64,000 nt of DNA from the NCBI GenBank assembly GCA_050613775.1, contig JBODTK010000014.1:868001-932000 (forward strand), read 5' to 3'. The stretch comes from Neocallimastix sp. 'constans' (lineage: Eukaryota). The translations under genes and the position numbers were made by a program. Shown here piece by piece: positions 34,751 to 49,099 of the stretch (the first letter of the stretch is position 1; every line of letters begins with the position of its first letter). The notes beneath the pieces were generated by a model. It was not told the DNA's origin, ran no database searches, and saw only the letters and a list, made by a program, of their open reading frames with translations.

Positions 34751-35035
34751 ATGAAATATGATCAAATAGTATTAATTAGAAATGAAAAAGGAACAAAATG
34801 AAATATGATCAAATAGTATTAATTAGAAATGAAAAAGGAACAAAATGAAATATGATCAAATAGTATTAATTAGAAATGAAAAAGGAACAAAATGAAATAT
34901 GATCAAATAGTATTAATTAGAAATGAAAAAGGAACAAAATGAAATATGATCAAATAGTATTAATTAGAAATGAAAAAGGAACAAAATGAAATATGATCAA
35001 ATAGTATTAATTAGAAATGAAATAGTAATAAAATG
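34751..35035. repeat. 47-bp tandem repeat, ~6 copies
   Basis: ATGAAATATGATCAAATAGTATTAATTAGAAATGAAAAAGGAACAAA repeated almost exactly. Confidence 0.95.
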
Positions 35036-35329
35036 AAATATGAAATATGATTTACACCCAAAGTATATTAAGTATGATATTTAATATGTTAATAGTTTAT
35101 ATATTAGTAGGTTAATAAATATTTAATAATAACTAATAGTTTATATATTAGTAGGTTAATAAATATTTAATAATAACTAACAATTTACTATTTCATAATT
35201 AATATATCATTACTACTAAATATTAAATAATTATTAAACATCTATTTACTATTTACTATAATAACCAATTATTTAATTATTTATTAATAAATACTCTTTT
35301 TATTATTTATTAATATAATATGCTACGGT

Positions 35330-35365
<36 letters not shown>

Positions 35366-36159
35366 TATTAACTTTTATTATTCCATTATTTTATTATCTA
35401 TTTGTTAACTTTTATTATCTATTAACTTTTATTATTATTGATCAAACTATTTCACCGGAGGCTTCTTTCTGATAAACTCTAATCAATAGTCATTGGCATG
35501 AACATTTTTTCCGCTCAATTTAATATGGCAATAAAATGAAATAAAATGATATAAAAATAATAAATAATAAATAATAAATAATAATAAAAATAATAAATAA
35601 TAATAATAATAAATAATAAATAATAAATAATAAATAATAAATAAGAAATAATAAATAATAAATAATAAATAAGAAATAAGAAATAATAAATAATAAATAA
35701 TAAATAATAAATAATAAATAATAAATAATAAATAATAAATAATAAAAAAGAGTATTTATTAATAAATAATAAATAATAAATAATAAAATGAAATAAAATA
35801 ATAATTAATAATAATAATTATTATTAATAAAATAATTAATAATAATAAATAAATAAAAAAACGCCTCTTAAAATCGACAAACTTTAAAGTCTTTGAAACA
35901 AATTTTATATATAAAATTAAAAAATAAAATAAAATTTACAAAATAAAATAAAAAAAGTACAAATGTAATAATCGAATGAAATGAAATAAATTTAGATCAG
36001 ATGAATTTATATACTATTTAATTGAATGAATGAAATATTAATAAATTTAATAAATTTAATTAATTAATTAAATAAATGAAATAAATAAATAAAACAAATT
36101 TTCTATTTATATGTAAAAAATAAAAATTAATTTAGATTAAATTAAATTTTAAACTTTAA

Positions 36160-36445
36160 AAAATTTCAAACATTTTTTATATATATTGAAAATGTTACAG
36201 AGAATTTATTTAAAATTATATTATTCATTCATTTACTTTTTATTTTATTCATTAAAAATTTTAAATATTTTTTATATATATTGAAAATGTTACAGAGAAT
36301 TTATTTAAATGTATATCATTCATTCATTTACATTTTATTTTATTCATTAAAAATTTTAAATATTTTTTTATATATATTGAAAATGTTACAGAGAATTTAT
36401 TTAAATGTATATCATTCATTCATTTACTTTTTGTTTTATTCATTG
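36160..36445. repeat. ~96-bp tandem repeat, ~3 copies
   Basis: TTGAAAATGTTACAGAGAATTTATTTAAA at ~36186, 36281 and 36377. Confidence 0.9.
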
Positions 36446-37983
36446 AATCAACTTTTTTGTTTTTTTTTGCTTTTTAATTAGATTAAATAAGGAATATTAC
36501 GAATATTAAGAATAATTAACTATTAATACTATTTTATGATTAGTTTATTATTACTATTTTATTATTATTTTATTACTATTTATTACTTATTTGTTGTTGT
36601 TACTACCATTTCAATATTAGTTATTATTTATTCGTTGTTATTCACTTCCTCTCGGCTATTCATCGGTCTACTGGTAATAAGCATTCAAAGTTTTATGTTT
36701 TATTAGCAATGAATTGAACCGCAATTAATTATTATTTACATATATTAGAATATATTTAATTATATATTAAACATTATTATATATAAATAAAACAAATATA
36801 AAAAAATTAAAATTAATTAAAATTAATTAAAAAAAAACGTTTTATAAATAATTAAATTTATTTGTTAAAGTTTAAATTTTTATATATTTGTTTAATTTAT
36901 TATAATCTATTGAATTAAATTGAATAATTATAATAATATATATTAGAATATATTGAATATATATTAATTGAATATTTTCAAATTAAATAGCATAAAAGAT
37001 TAACAGAAAACTTTAATGAATGAATGAATAATTAATGAATAAATAAATATTAATGAATAAATAAATATTAATGAATAAATAAATATTAATGAATAAATAA
37101 ATATTTGCAATGAATTATTATTAATGAATTATTATTATGATTAAGAAGTTGCTTATTTTAATACTTTAATACTTATTATTCAATTATTCAATTATTATTA
37201 TTCAATTAATAAATACTCATTTTATGCAATCAGTATATGTGCAGATATGCGCTGAATGGAGCGAACAGTGGCAAAAGGCAATTATGGCCTTTGAGTGTAA
37301 TGAATGCATGCTGTATCGTGTCATATAGTTCTGTTCTTTTTATTATTTATTATTCCATTATTAATTAATTATTCAATTATTTATTTATTATTATTCATGA
37401 TTTATTATTTATTATTTATTATTTATTATTTATTATTTATTATTTATTATTTATTATTTATTATTTATTATTTATTATTTATTATTTATTATTTATTATT
37501 TATTATTTATTATTTATTATTAATTATTTATTATTTATTATTTATTATTTATTATTTATTATTTATTATTTATTATTTATTATTTATTATTTATTATTTA
37601 TTTTTATTATTTATTATTTATTAATAAATACTCTTTTTATTATTATTTATTAATAAATACTCTTTATATTTATTTATTATTATTTTATTTGTTATTTATT
37701 ATTTATTATTTATTATTTATTATTTATTATTTATTATTTATTATTTATTATTTTATTATCTATTTTATTATTATTATTATTATTATTATCATTTTTTACC
37801 TACATCTTATTTCTTTATTATTTATTAGTTCTATTATTATTGCTATTTTTTTTTATTAGTATTATCATTTCTATTATAACTTATTACTATTTTTATAATT
37901 ATTTATTATCATTTCTATTATTTATTATTATTATTATTATTTAATTATTTTTTTTATTATTATTATCATTTCTATTATTTATT

Positions 37984-38030
<47 letters not shown>

Positions 38031-38886
38031 AATTATTATTTATTATTATTACTATTATTATTACTATTATTATTACTATTATATAACGTTGTTATTGTTA
38101 TTTCTAATTTTATTTATTATTACTATTATTATTACTATTATTATAATTTATAACATTACTATTATTATCACTATTATTATAATTTATAATATTATTATTA
38201 ATCTATAAATATTTTAATTGTTAACAATAATTCATAATTACTATTATTTATAATTATTTATAATTTTTTGTCAAATAAATCTAATAAATAAAAAAATATT
38301 ATATTAAATTTATCATTTATTATATATTTATTTTTTTATTTATAAACAATATTAAATAGAAATTTTATTTTTTATAATAATTATTATTTTATTATTTTAT
38401 TTCATAATAATTTTATTATTTTATTATTTATATAAGAACATTATTAATTTATTATTATTTTATTATATTTTGTTATTTTATTATTATTTTATTATTTTTT
38501 ATTGTTGTATTATTATTATTTTATAATTAATATTAGTATATTATTATGATTTATAATTAATAAAATTTTATAATTATAATTTTATTATTAGTAGTATTGT
38601 TTGGATAATTTTATTATTTTAGATTATTTAATGTATTTATTATTATTACTATTATTATTACTATTTATATAATCAACTTATTAATATTAAATATAAATCA
38701 GTCTTTTCATTACAATTATGATTTTTATTACTATTAAATATTTATTTCAATCATTATCCTAAATAATTATATTTTCATTTAAGACACTCTTTCTTTATAA
38801 TATACTTTATACATTTAAATTTTTTGAAGATATAAGTATCTATTAAAAATAAAATAAAAAAAAACCCAAATTTTTAAAAGCTATCT

Positions 38887-38922
<36 letters not shown>

Positions 38923-39699
38923 AATAAATACAATGATGGCAACAATAAATAAATAAAATAAAAAAAGCAAATAAAAAAAAATACAAATAAAAATAAAATA
39001 AAAAAAAAAAAATTATTTCTTATTATGTGTTCCTCAGCAGTAGTAGCTAGTAGACGATGTTTTATATATATAATATAATAGAGTTTATCCTTAATTTTTT
39101 TTATATTTTTATTTTAACTTTAATTTTTTATTATTTTTTATTTATCATGATATTTGTATCATTCATTCATTATTTTTATTAATTCTATTAATTTTTTTTT
39201 TTTTTTTTTTATCTTTTTAACATCTTTAATAATACGAAAATTTCTTATTAAAATATTTTGATTTTATTCTATTTTTATTTTATTTTTTATAAAAGGAAGT
39301 GAATTAAAAAAAAAAAAAAATAAAAAGGTATTTACATATTTATATTAACATTTATATATATATATATATATCGTTTGTTTGTTAAATAGATGTATAATTA
39401 ATATTACAGTATAATAATATTATTTTAATTTTTTCTTCTTATAATTAAAAATGTTGGTATGTTTTATTAATTATTTATATAAGTAATAGATAATTTTTTT
39501 ATTAATGTATTTTTTTTTTATTTTATTGGATAGGTTTTAATACAGTATCACATTATCTCCTAAAATACAATAAAAAAAAAAAAAGAAAATTAAAAAAATA
39601 AAATAAAAATTTAATAAGTTATTACATTATGATATTATTTAATTATTCATTAGTTGAAGATGAAGAGAGAGTTTAAATTTTTCACTACATTTAGATATA

Positions 39700-40674
39700 T
39701 CATTGATTTAAATCTATAAATGCTAAGTGATTTTTATATATTTATATATCTATCTATATTTCATTTAAACTTACTATTATTATTGGATGAATTGGTTTCT
39801 CTGAGAACTCTTTCATACTCCATAACTTTTTTTTTCCAACAATAAGTATAGTAGTTATATATTATATTATATTTTAGATATAATAAATGATTTAAATATT
39901 AATTTTTTTTTATTTATAATACAATTGTATAATAATAATTTATATATATATTATTTCAATAAAAAAAAAAAAAATAAAAAAAATAAAAAAAAAATTAATT
40001 AAAATAATTAATTAATTACATAATATATTTTCTGTATTTTCTTTATGGGTATTCTCTTCCAATAATCGGTACTTCTTTTCTTTTTCCATGATAATCCGTT
40101 CTCGTTCCTCAAGCTCTTTTTCCTTCTGTTGATATTCCTTCTCTTTACTTTTCATTCGCTTTTCATACTGTTTCAGTTCATTTTCATAATGCTTTAATTT
40201 TATTTCTCTATAAAAAAAAAAAAAAATTATAAATATAATTGAATTGATTTTTTTTTTTTTTAAAAAAAAAAAATTTTTTTATTAATAATTTTTAATAGAG
40301 TTAAAATAAATATATAATATAGGATATAATTTGATACATTATTCTATTGATAATAATAATAATAATAATAGAATGAAATATTATCTTACTTTTCTTCTAA
40401 ATTAATTTCATATATATAGGATCTGATTTTATCATTCTTTAAAAACTCCATAGTTGATGGCCTTTTGGATGGCTTTTTATTGGATGATGAAGAAAGGGAA
40501 GCAGCAATAAACAACAATAATTATAATGATAGTATTATTAAAAAAAAATAACGTATTTATATAAATATATATATTATTATTATTGTTATTATTAGAGTAT
40601 TAAATCTAATTTAAACCAGATATTATGTATTAACAAATTTATTGATATCATAGGTTAACTTAAAGAAAGAAAAA

Positions 40675-40717
<43 letters not shown>

Positions 40718-40820
40718 ATAGTTTGGAAAAGTAAAAACAGATTAACTTACTTCCACATTAAGCATTGACTTTATAAGTAGTCGAATATCTTGTGAATACT
40801 ATATTATCAAGTAAAAAAAA

Positions 40821-40869
<49 letters not shown>

Positions 40870-41089
40870 AAATAATAATATTATTAAGTATGATATAGAA
40901 TTAAAATTAAAAATAAATATAATAATTATAGATTAAAAATAATCTTATTAGGGTGACAAACTAACTTCTTTGGGTATATCTAAAATTTTTCCTTCTTTAA
41001 TTTTTTTGGCTAATTGAATTTGGGTTCTTGCTTGGAATGGTGGTCTTATGATTATTATTAATTTATTTTTTTAAGCATATAATATATTG

Positions 41090-41137
<48 letters not shown>

Positions 41138-41713
41138 GAAATGTGTTAATTTTTATTGGTACAATTAAATTCAATAATTTTATTTTAATTTTATTTTTTT
41201 ATTATTATTATTTTTTAAAAAAAAAAAAAAGAAAAAAAAGAAAAAATAGAAAAAATATATATATTTCTATTTATATATTATTATATGTTTATATATATAT
41301 ATATATATTTTTTTTTCATTTGTATATACATATATATATTATTTATATCATTCATTTATTTTCATTTATTTATTGAAAACACTTACTCTAACATACAGAG
41401 TTCATAAATTAAACAACCTAATTTTTTTTTTTTTTTTTTTTTTTTTTTGAATTTTAAATAAATAAATAAATTAATATTTATTTATTTATTTATCAACATA
41501 ATTAATTTTATTAAATAAAAAAAAAATAATAATAATAAAATAAAAAATATAAAATATAAAAAAAATACCTAAGGACCATATATCCGATTTACTGTTGTAG
41601 GCTTGCTCATTAATTAATTCCTTTTTTTTTTTTGTTGTTGTTGTTGTTATTGTCATTGTTGTTTTTATTTATTTTGTTGGTTGGTTGGTTGAATTTATTT
41701 TGTTTTGATTTTA

Positions 41714-41788
<75 letters not shown>

Positions 41789-42002
41789 ATGAATGTTGTA
41801 TAAATAACATTATTTCCATCATCATCAATATCATTAAATATTTTATTATCTATTCATTAACAAAAATAAATATAATTAAAAAACCTACTGGAGACATATA
41901 ATACGGTGTTCTAGTATTCAATTATATTCAATTATATTCAACCATATTTAATTGTATTTAATTGTATTCAATTTATTTATTAAAAAATTAATAATAACAA
42001 TA

Positions 42003-42035
<33 letters not shown>

Positions 42036-43430
42036 TATTATTTGTTTTTGTAGGTTGATGGGTTGGTTTAAATAGTTTTTTTTTTTTTTTTTTTTTTTTT
42101 GTTAACAATATCCATTTATCATCAATGATGAATAGACAAAATATAAAAATAAAATTAGAAATAAAAATAAAATATAAATTTAAATATATATAAATTTAAA
42201 TTTAAATATAAGTAAAAATAAAATATATAAAAATAATAAAATTATTTTTTTTTTTTTAATATTAGTATATCTATAGATCTTTAAATCTATATCTTTATTG
42301 ATATCCATAATTTGTATATAATATTATTCATTATATTTATTATATAACATTTATTTTCATTAATATATGTATATATATATTTATTGAATAGTTGTTGTAT
42401 GCCAAAAAAAAAAATTTTTACCCTACATAGGTCTGAACAAAATCGGTCTCCGGATTATTAATGATGGTGGCTAGGCCAAAATCGCCTAGCTTGACGTGCG
42501 TATACGAATTAATTACATTATTGGATAAAAATACTTGTAAAAAAAAAATAATAATAATAAAAAAAAAAATTGATAAGTAGGATATTAAAAGATACAGTTA
42601 CATTTTATTAAGTGATATATGATATATTAATTATGATATATAAGAAGGGAACGATATATAGGAAGGGATATGTTTATGATATAGGCAGAATATGTGGGTA
42701 ATGTTTATGATATAGGTAGGTTATGTAGGTAATGTTTAATATATATGTAGGGTATGAAAAATATGTTTATGATATATGTAGAATATGAAAAATATGTTTA
42801 TGATATATGTAATATATGAAAAATATGTTTATGATATATGTAATATATGAAAAATATGTTTATGATATATGTAGGATATGAAAAATATGTTTATGATATA
42901 TATATAAATGATTTAGATAATATGTATGATTTGTATGATATATATATATTATTATTATTATTATTATTATTATTAAAATAAAATATATATATATATATAT
43001 ATAAAATAAAACAAAGTATAAAAAAAGATAGGAGGTTACATTAATAAAATATTAATTTTTGTTGATTTGAAAATTTATATTAATAATATTATTAATATTA
43101 TTTTTTTTTATTTTATTTTATTTTATTTTTATATTTTCATTTTTTTTTATAAGTATATATATATATAATTATTACCATTATCCGGTTTTAAATCTCTATT
43201 TTATTTTTAATTGTTTTTTTTGTTTTTTTTGTTTTTTTTTTTGTTTTTTTTTTGTTTTTTCATTTTTTTTTAAAAAAATTTAAAAAAAAATTTTATTTAT
43301 ATATATAGTATATAGATATATAGGTAAAATAAAATAATATATATATAAAATATGGATATAAATTATTTTAATTTATATACATATATTAATATATAGATAT
43401 AAATAATATTAATATTTTTATTTTATTTAA

Positions 43431-43522
<92 letters not shown>

Positions 43523-44307
43523 TTACCTATGTAAAATTGCTGGTCTAGGAGATCCATCTGTTTTCGTTCCATAATGGCATTCATGTAGTGCTAATACCAG
43601 CTGCGTAAAAACTAGCCATATAAATCTTTCTGGTATAAATATTCTTTTGTATATATATATTTATATATAATAGTTTATATTTTTATATTGAGAAGAAGAA
43701 AATATAAAAGAATATATATATATATATATATAGAATATATTCATATATATTTATTTGTTTATTTAGTTATTTTTTATTTATTATATAATTATTTTATTAT
43801 TTAGTTTTATGAAAGTCAACCATTTTTTTCTTTAAAATATATATATAGAATACCATACTTTTCTTTACGACATTTTTGTATTAATGCAGATAAATCTCCT
43901 GTTTATATATATACATATATATATATATTATATATTATATATATATTATATATCAATTTAAATATTGTTATTTAAAAAGCAATAGTAATAATAATAGTTT
44001 AAAAAAAAAACTATAAATATCTTTTCTTTTATATTTTTTTTTTACCTCCTTCACAGTATTCCATGATAATATAAATTAAATAGTTTTTCTTATCAATTAT
44101 CCTTTCATAATACTTCACAATATTAGGATGTCGCAAATCCCTCAGAATATTTACTTCTGTCACGAGTTGCTTACGCTCTTTTTCATTCATCTTTCGAAAA
44201 TCAATCTCTTTTCTTACTAAAATCTTTGCGTAATTTATTATATATTTTATTATGATTAATTATTTATTATTTGTTATTTGTTATATTGATTATTATTATT
44301 ATTATTA

Positions 44308-44345
<38 letters not shown>

Positions 44346-44803
44346 GTTATTATTGTTATTATTGTTATTGTCATTGTTATTATTGTTATAGTTATTATTG
44401 TTATGATTTATTTTTTTTTTTTTATTTTATTTTTTTATTATTATTTTTCAATATATTAATATGAGCATTGAAGTATGAATAGCAACATGAGGAATTAACA
44501 TTTCAGATTTTGTAATTTGAATATTTTAATTAAATTTATAATAATTATTATAATATTATATATATATATATATTAATAATTAAATTCAATAAGTTTTGAA
44601 TAAAAAAATTATTATTTAGAAAGAAATTATATATACATATATTTTATTGTTCTTTATATATATATATGACATATATGTTTTATTCTTTATATATATGAAT
44701 ATATATATATATTAAATACCTTATTATCCTTCTTTCTTTTAATTTTTCTTATCATTCCAAAACTTCCTGATCCAATGACCTCTAATAATTCATACTTCTC
44801 CAT
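39700..44803 (-). CDS. NIMA-related kinase (NEK2/NimA/Fin1/Kin3 type) with C-terminal coiled coil, ~353-372 aa; exons 44803-44720, 44223-44046, 43898-43859, 43643-43527, 43195-43176, 42533-42422, 41910-41889, 41620-41569, 41417-41387, 41044-40966, 40798-40751, 40472-40390, 40207-40020 (or to a stop at 40012), tentative 39825-39775 and 39713-39700
   Basis: Manual splicing gives MEKYELLEVIGSGSFG...ILVRKEIDFRKMNEKERKQLVTEVNILRDLRHPNIVKYYERIID...IIMEYCEGGDL...FTQLVLALHECH...ILHRDLKPDNVFL...VKLGDFGLA...TYVGTPYYMSPE...KSDIWSLGCLIYELC...PPF. All phases are consistent; the last two exons and the start codon are uncertain. Confidence 0.92.
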
Positions 44804-45749
44804 GTTAACTGGTTTATTTGTTTTATCCTGTTTGTCTTTATATATTCTTTATTATTTTATTATTCTTTATACTATTATTTTATTTTATTTTATTTTATTT
44901 TGTGCTTTATATATATATATAAATATATATATTCTTAGATAAACTTTTTTTATTTAATAACAAGTAACGACTTTATTTTTTATTATTCTGTTAAATGCTG
45001 TTTTTTTTTTTTTTTTTTTTTTTAATTTTGTTTTAAATTGAAGTTTCTTCTTTAGTCTTTTTTTTTAATTATTTATTTATATGTTCTATTTAGAAATAAG
45101 TAAAATAAATATAAATATTTTTTTTAATTTTTTGTTTCCTTTTGTAAAAAAATTAATTTTTTGGTTATTTAAAATAAAAATAAAATTAAAAAAATGAAAA
45201 ATGAAAATAAAAATGTTAAATTTAGAAATATATAAATAAAATATTAATAAAATATTAATAAAATATTAATAAAATAATAATAAAATTTAGTAAAATATTA
45301 ATAAAAAAATAAAAGTATATATATAAAAATAATTAAAATATAAAAAATAATGATTAAAATATAAAAAATTAATAATTAAAATATAAAAAATTAATAATTA
45401 AAATTGTTGAGTTGATTTTAATTTTTTTAATTAATTTTTTTTTTTGTTTTTTTGTTTTTTTTTTTTTGTTTTTTTTTTTTTAATTTTTTTGTTTTCTTTT
45501 TTTTTAAATATTAAAAAAAAAAAAAAAATTAAAAAATATTAAAAAAAAAATTTAATTAAATTAAAATTAAATTAAATTTTTAATTTATTTTTTTTTTTTT
45601 TTTTAATTTTTTAATTTTTTAATTTTTTTTTATTTTTTTTTTAATTTGTTTTCTTATTATTTTGGGTTAGAAATAAGTTTTAATATTTTTTATATATAAA
45701 ATAATTATAATATATAAAATAAATCTAAATTAAATAATGTTGTTAAAGT

Positions 45750-46638
45750 TTTACTTATATAAAAAATAGTTTAAGAAATATAAAAGTTAACATAAATGTA
45801 TAAAGAGAAGTATAGGTGATTGTAGTGGCGCATATATAACATGAAGGATATATATAATATATACTATAGGTATATAGGTGAAATGGTTATAAATGAGAGA
45901 TATAAATAATTTATTATGTCCTTCATTATAATAATGTAATATTAGTATAATTAAATGAAATGAAGGATGATATCTAACAGATTAAAAGTCCTTCCGATAT
46001 TGTTCTATGCTAAAGAAAAAAAAATCAAAAAGACATAAAACTATTTAGAGTAGATATAAAAACTAAAAATTAACCTACTTAAACAGTATTAATTAAAAAC
46101 GATTTGGCCACGAGAATAGATTTTTATTACTTCTACTGCTTATGAGATTTATAAATGTTTAATCGTTTGCATAAATCTAAGTATAGATAAAAATTTACGC
46201 AGAGAGATGAAATAAATAAATATATGAATGAATAAAAATCAAAGTAGATCGAATTAAATAATGCAGATTGTTTCTTCAAAGATTATACGTACCAATAATA
46301 TTTAAAAAAAAAAAAAAAAAAAAAAAGAAAATTTAATATCCATTTATTGCCTTAGTGATCAACCTCCCCTAAAGCATTGTATAGCTTTATCTATCACAGA
46401 GAAGGAATATTGTTAACTTCAATGAATATGCTTTAAAATGTTTATGCCTACAGAACTTTTTTTAAAAGAACTGAACATTAATAATAAATTAATATGAAAT
46501 GTATAACAATTTATGTTAAGACAATAAGGCCTCATTATGAAACAGTAATGATGAAACAATAAATCGAAAAAAAAAAAAAAGACATATTGAATTAAGGAAT
46601 TAAGATATCATAAAGGAAGAGAGAGATAATTAGGAAAA

Positions 46639-46669
<31 letters not shown>

Positions 46670-47099
46670 TATACTTAAAATACATATATATATATATAAA
46701 TAATCTAATAGATGGATTAATCAAATGTTTAAATGGTACCATTAACGAACAGATTTAGATATGTTCTTCTTAACAAAAAAATTAAGCAATATTGAATTTA
46801 AAAAGGGGAATGTCAGAATAGAGTTAAATTATATTTAATAGATAATCCATATAAATTAAATAATATATGTTTTAATATATAAAAACAGTTTATTTAAGAA
46901 ATATAAAGTTACCATAACTATATGAATATAAGTATATGTGATTGTGGCGCAAATATCACATGTGATATATAACATCATTATATTTGAAATTATTAAAAAT
47001 TATAAATGATAAGATATAAATAATTTATTATGTCTTTCATTATATTATGTTATGCATTTAATCTTAATAATATTAAATAAAAGGAAGGGTGATTTCTAC
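45750..47099. repeat. Pair of diverged ~230-bp direct repeats (45750-45977 and 46870-47099) around ~0.9 kb of non-coding DNA; possible decayed mobile element
   Basis: Shared blocks TTAAGAAATATAAA, GTGATTGT..GGCGCA and an exact 23-mer AGATATAAATAATTTATTATGTC at 45898 and 47012. Confidence 0.6.
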
Positions 47100-47281
47100 C
47101 CATTTTACCTTTTTTATTTCCTTTTTTATATATATATATATATATCTTTCTTTTTTTTTATTTTTAAAAAAAAAAAAAAAAAAAAGGTTACATACCATTC
47201 TCTATGGATTAATTATTTTTTTATTTTTTTTTGATTTATTTTTTATTTTAATTTTTTATTTTAAATTTTTATTTTTATTTT

Positions 47282-47322
<41 letters not shown>

Positions 47323-48810
47323 AGACATAAAAAAAAAACATAGACTGCACATACTGGGTACCCATCTCCCAATATGGCCATACAGTTATTAATTAACAGT
47401 AAGGTGATGAGTTATTGGCATACTGTATCAGCTTCGCCGCTCTCAATCGTCGTTACACACTGCCCAGAGATGCATTCCTAACGTTCCTACATATATCTCT
47501 AATGACCACGAGCATCAGAACGGAATCATTAACTCCTCCCTAGTGGGTGTAATCATTGGCGATTGGAAATATTACAATCATCAAGGTCTATGCTTCAATT
47601 CAAAGCGTATTTTTTTTTTTTTTAGATATAAACATAAATTTAATAATCATTTATTAAAAATACAATTATAGATTAAATATAAGTTTAAGTTACTTATTAA
47701 TTAATAATTCTTTATTTTATTTTATTTTATTTTATTATTATGTAAATAGAATTAATATTACCAAACAATTTTTTTTTTTAATAATAATAAAAAAAAATTA
47801 ATTATAATCTTTTAATAATAATAAAAAAAAAATTAATTATAGTCTTTCATAGTCCTTTCAATTAAAAATGAGTATAAAATAAAATAGATGGATATACATT
47901 ATATAACAAAATTTAAAAATAAAAGTAAAAAAATTTTTTTTTTTTTTTGAAAAATTATAGGATTAATTCAACTTGGATAATACATATATTAAGCAAATTT
48001 TAAACAACAATAGATAATTATATATATATTAATAAAACATTTTTTTTTTTGTTTGTTTAAATAATAATAATAAAAAATTAATTATAATCTTTTATAGTCT
48101 TTTCATTTAAAAACTTTGACTTTTTTTTTTTTTTATTTTTTTAAAAATATTATAATAATTATTATTTTAATAATAAATAAGAAATAAAATAGATATATAC
48201 ATTATATAACAAAAAGGTTAATAGTATAATTTTAAATATATAAATTATTACTATAAATATAATAATAATAATTAAAGTTCAATATGAAATATATATTTTT
48301 GGAATGGATTAAAAAAAAAATCTATCGATTTAAATTTAATTTTTATCTTTATGTCTAACCCACCATAAAAGTGATTTTTTTTTTTTTTTTTATTTTCTGG
48401 AAAAGGGTTTTTTTTCTTTTTTTTTTTTTTTTTTTTTACTCCACTTTTCTTTTAATATATTTATATAAAATATATTTTCTTAAAAATTATCATGTATATA
48501 ATTATTCTTTTGTATTTTGTACTTTTGTATTTACATTTACTGTTTAATTATAAAGTATGAATTAAATTCGACATTCATACTCATTTGTTATTAATCTCAG
48601 TTTACTATATATATATATATTATATAATATTATATATATTAACCAAAGATTAATTTTTAATTTTAATGTTTACCATAAAAGTTTAATATGTTAATCTGTA
48701 TTTAATTGATAAAAATAATCACTATAATTATAATTTTTATAAATCAAATACAGAATAAGTATTAAAAAAAAAAAAAAAAAGTATTTCTTATTTTAGTATT
48801 TCTTTTTAAA

Positions 48811-48853
<43 letters not shown>

Positions 48854-49059
48854 AAAAATCTAGTAGTAATTATTTCCTTATCTCCTTATTATTATCATTA
48901 ATTTTTTATCTATATAAGTTATAATTCTTGAATCTCTATTAAATTAAATTTCATATTCAAAAAGTCCCTTTTTTATATAAATCTAAATGTTTTGTATCAC
49001 ATTCTTTCAATATTTTTTTGTTGGATTTTGAAAATTTTCATTTTATCTTTCTACTAAAC

Positions 49060-49099
<40 letters not shown>

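Noticed and set aside
34751..35035. Regular repeats as a CRISPR-like array
   Set aside because: Contiguous tandem units with no unique spacers; eukaryotic context, no cas genes
35440..35530. Small GC island as a possible exon or snoRNA
   Set aside because: No splice-consistent open frame and no convincing box C/D or H/ACA arrangement
36635..36725. Small GC island with a U4-like word (TTGCTAAT...AAAACTTT) on the minus strand
   Set aside because: Lacks the U4 5' region, k-turn stem and Sm site; unexplained but not assignable
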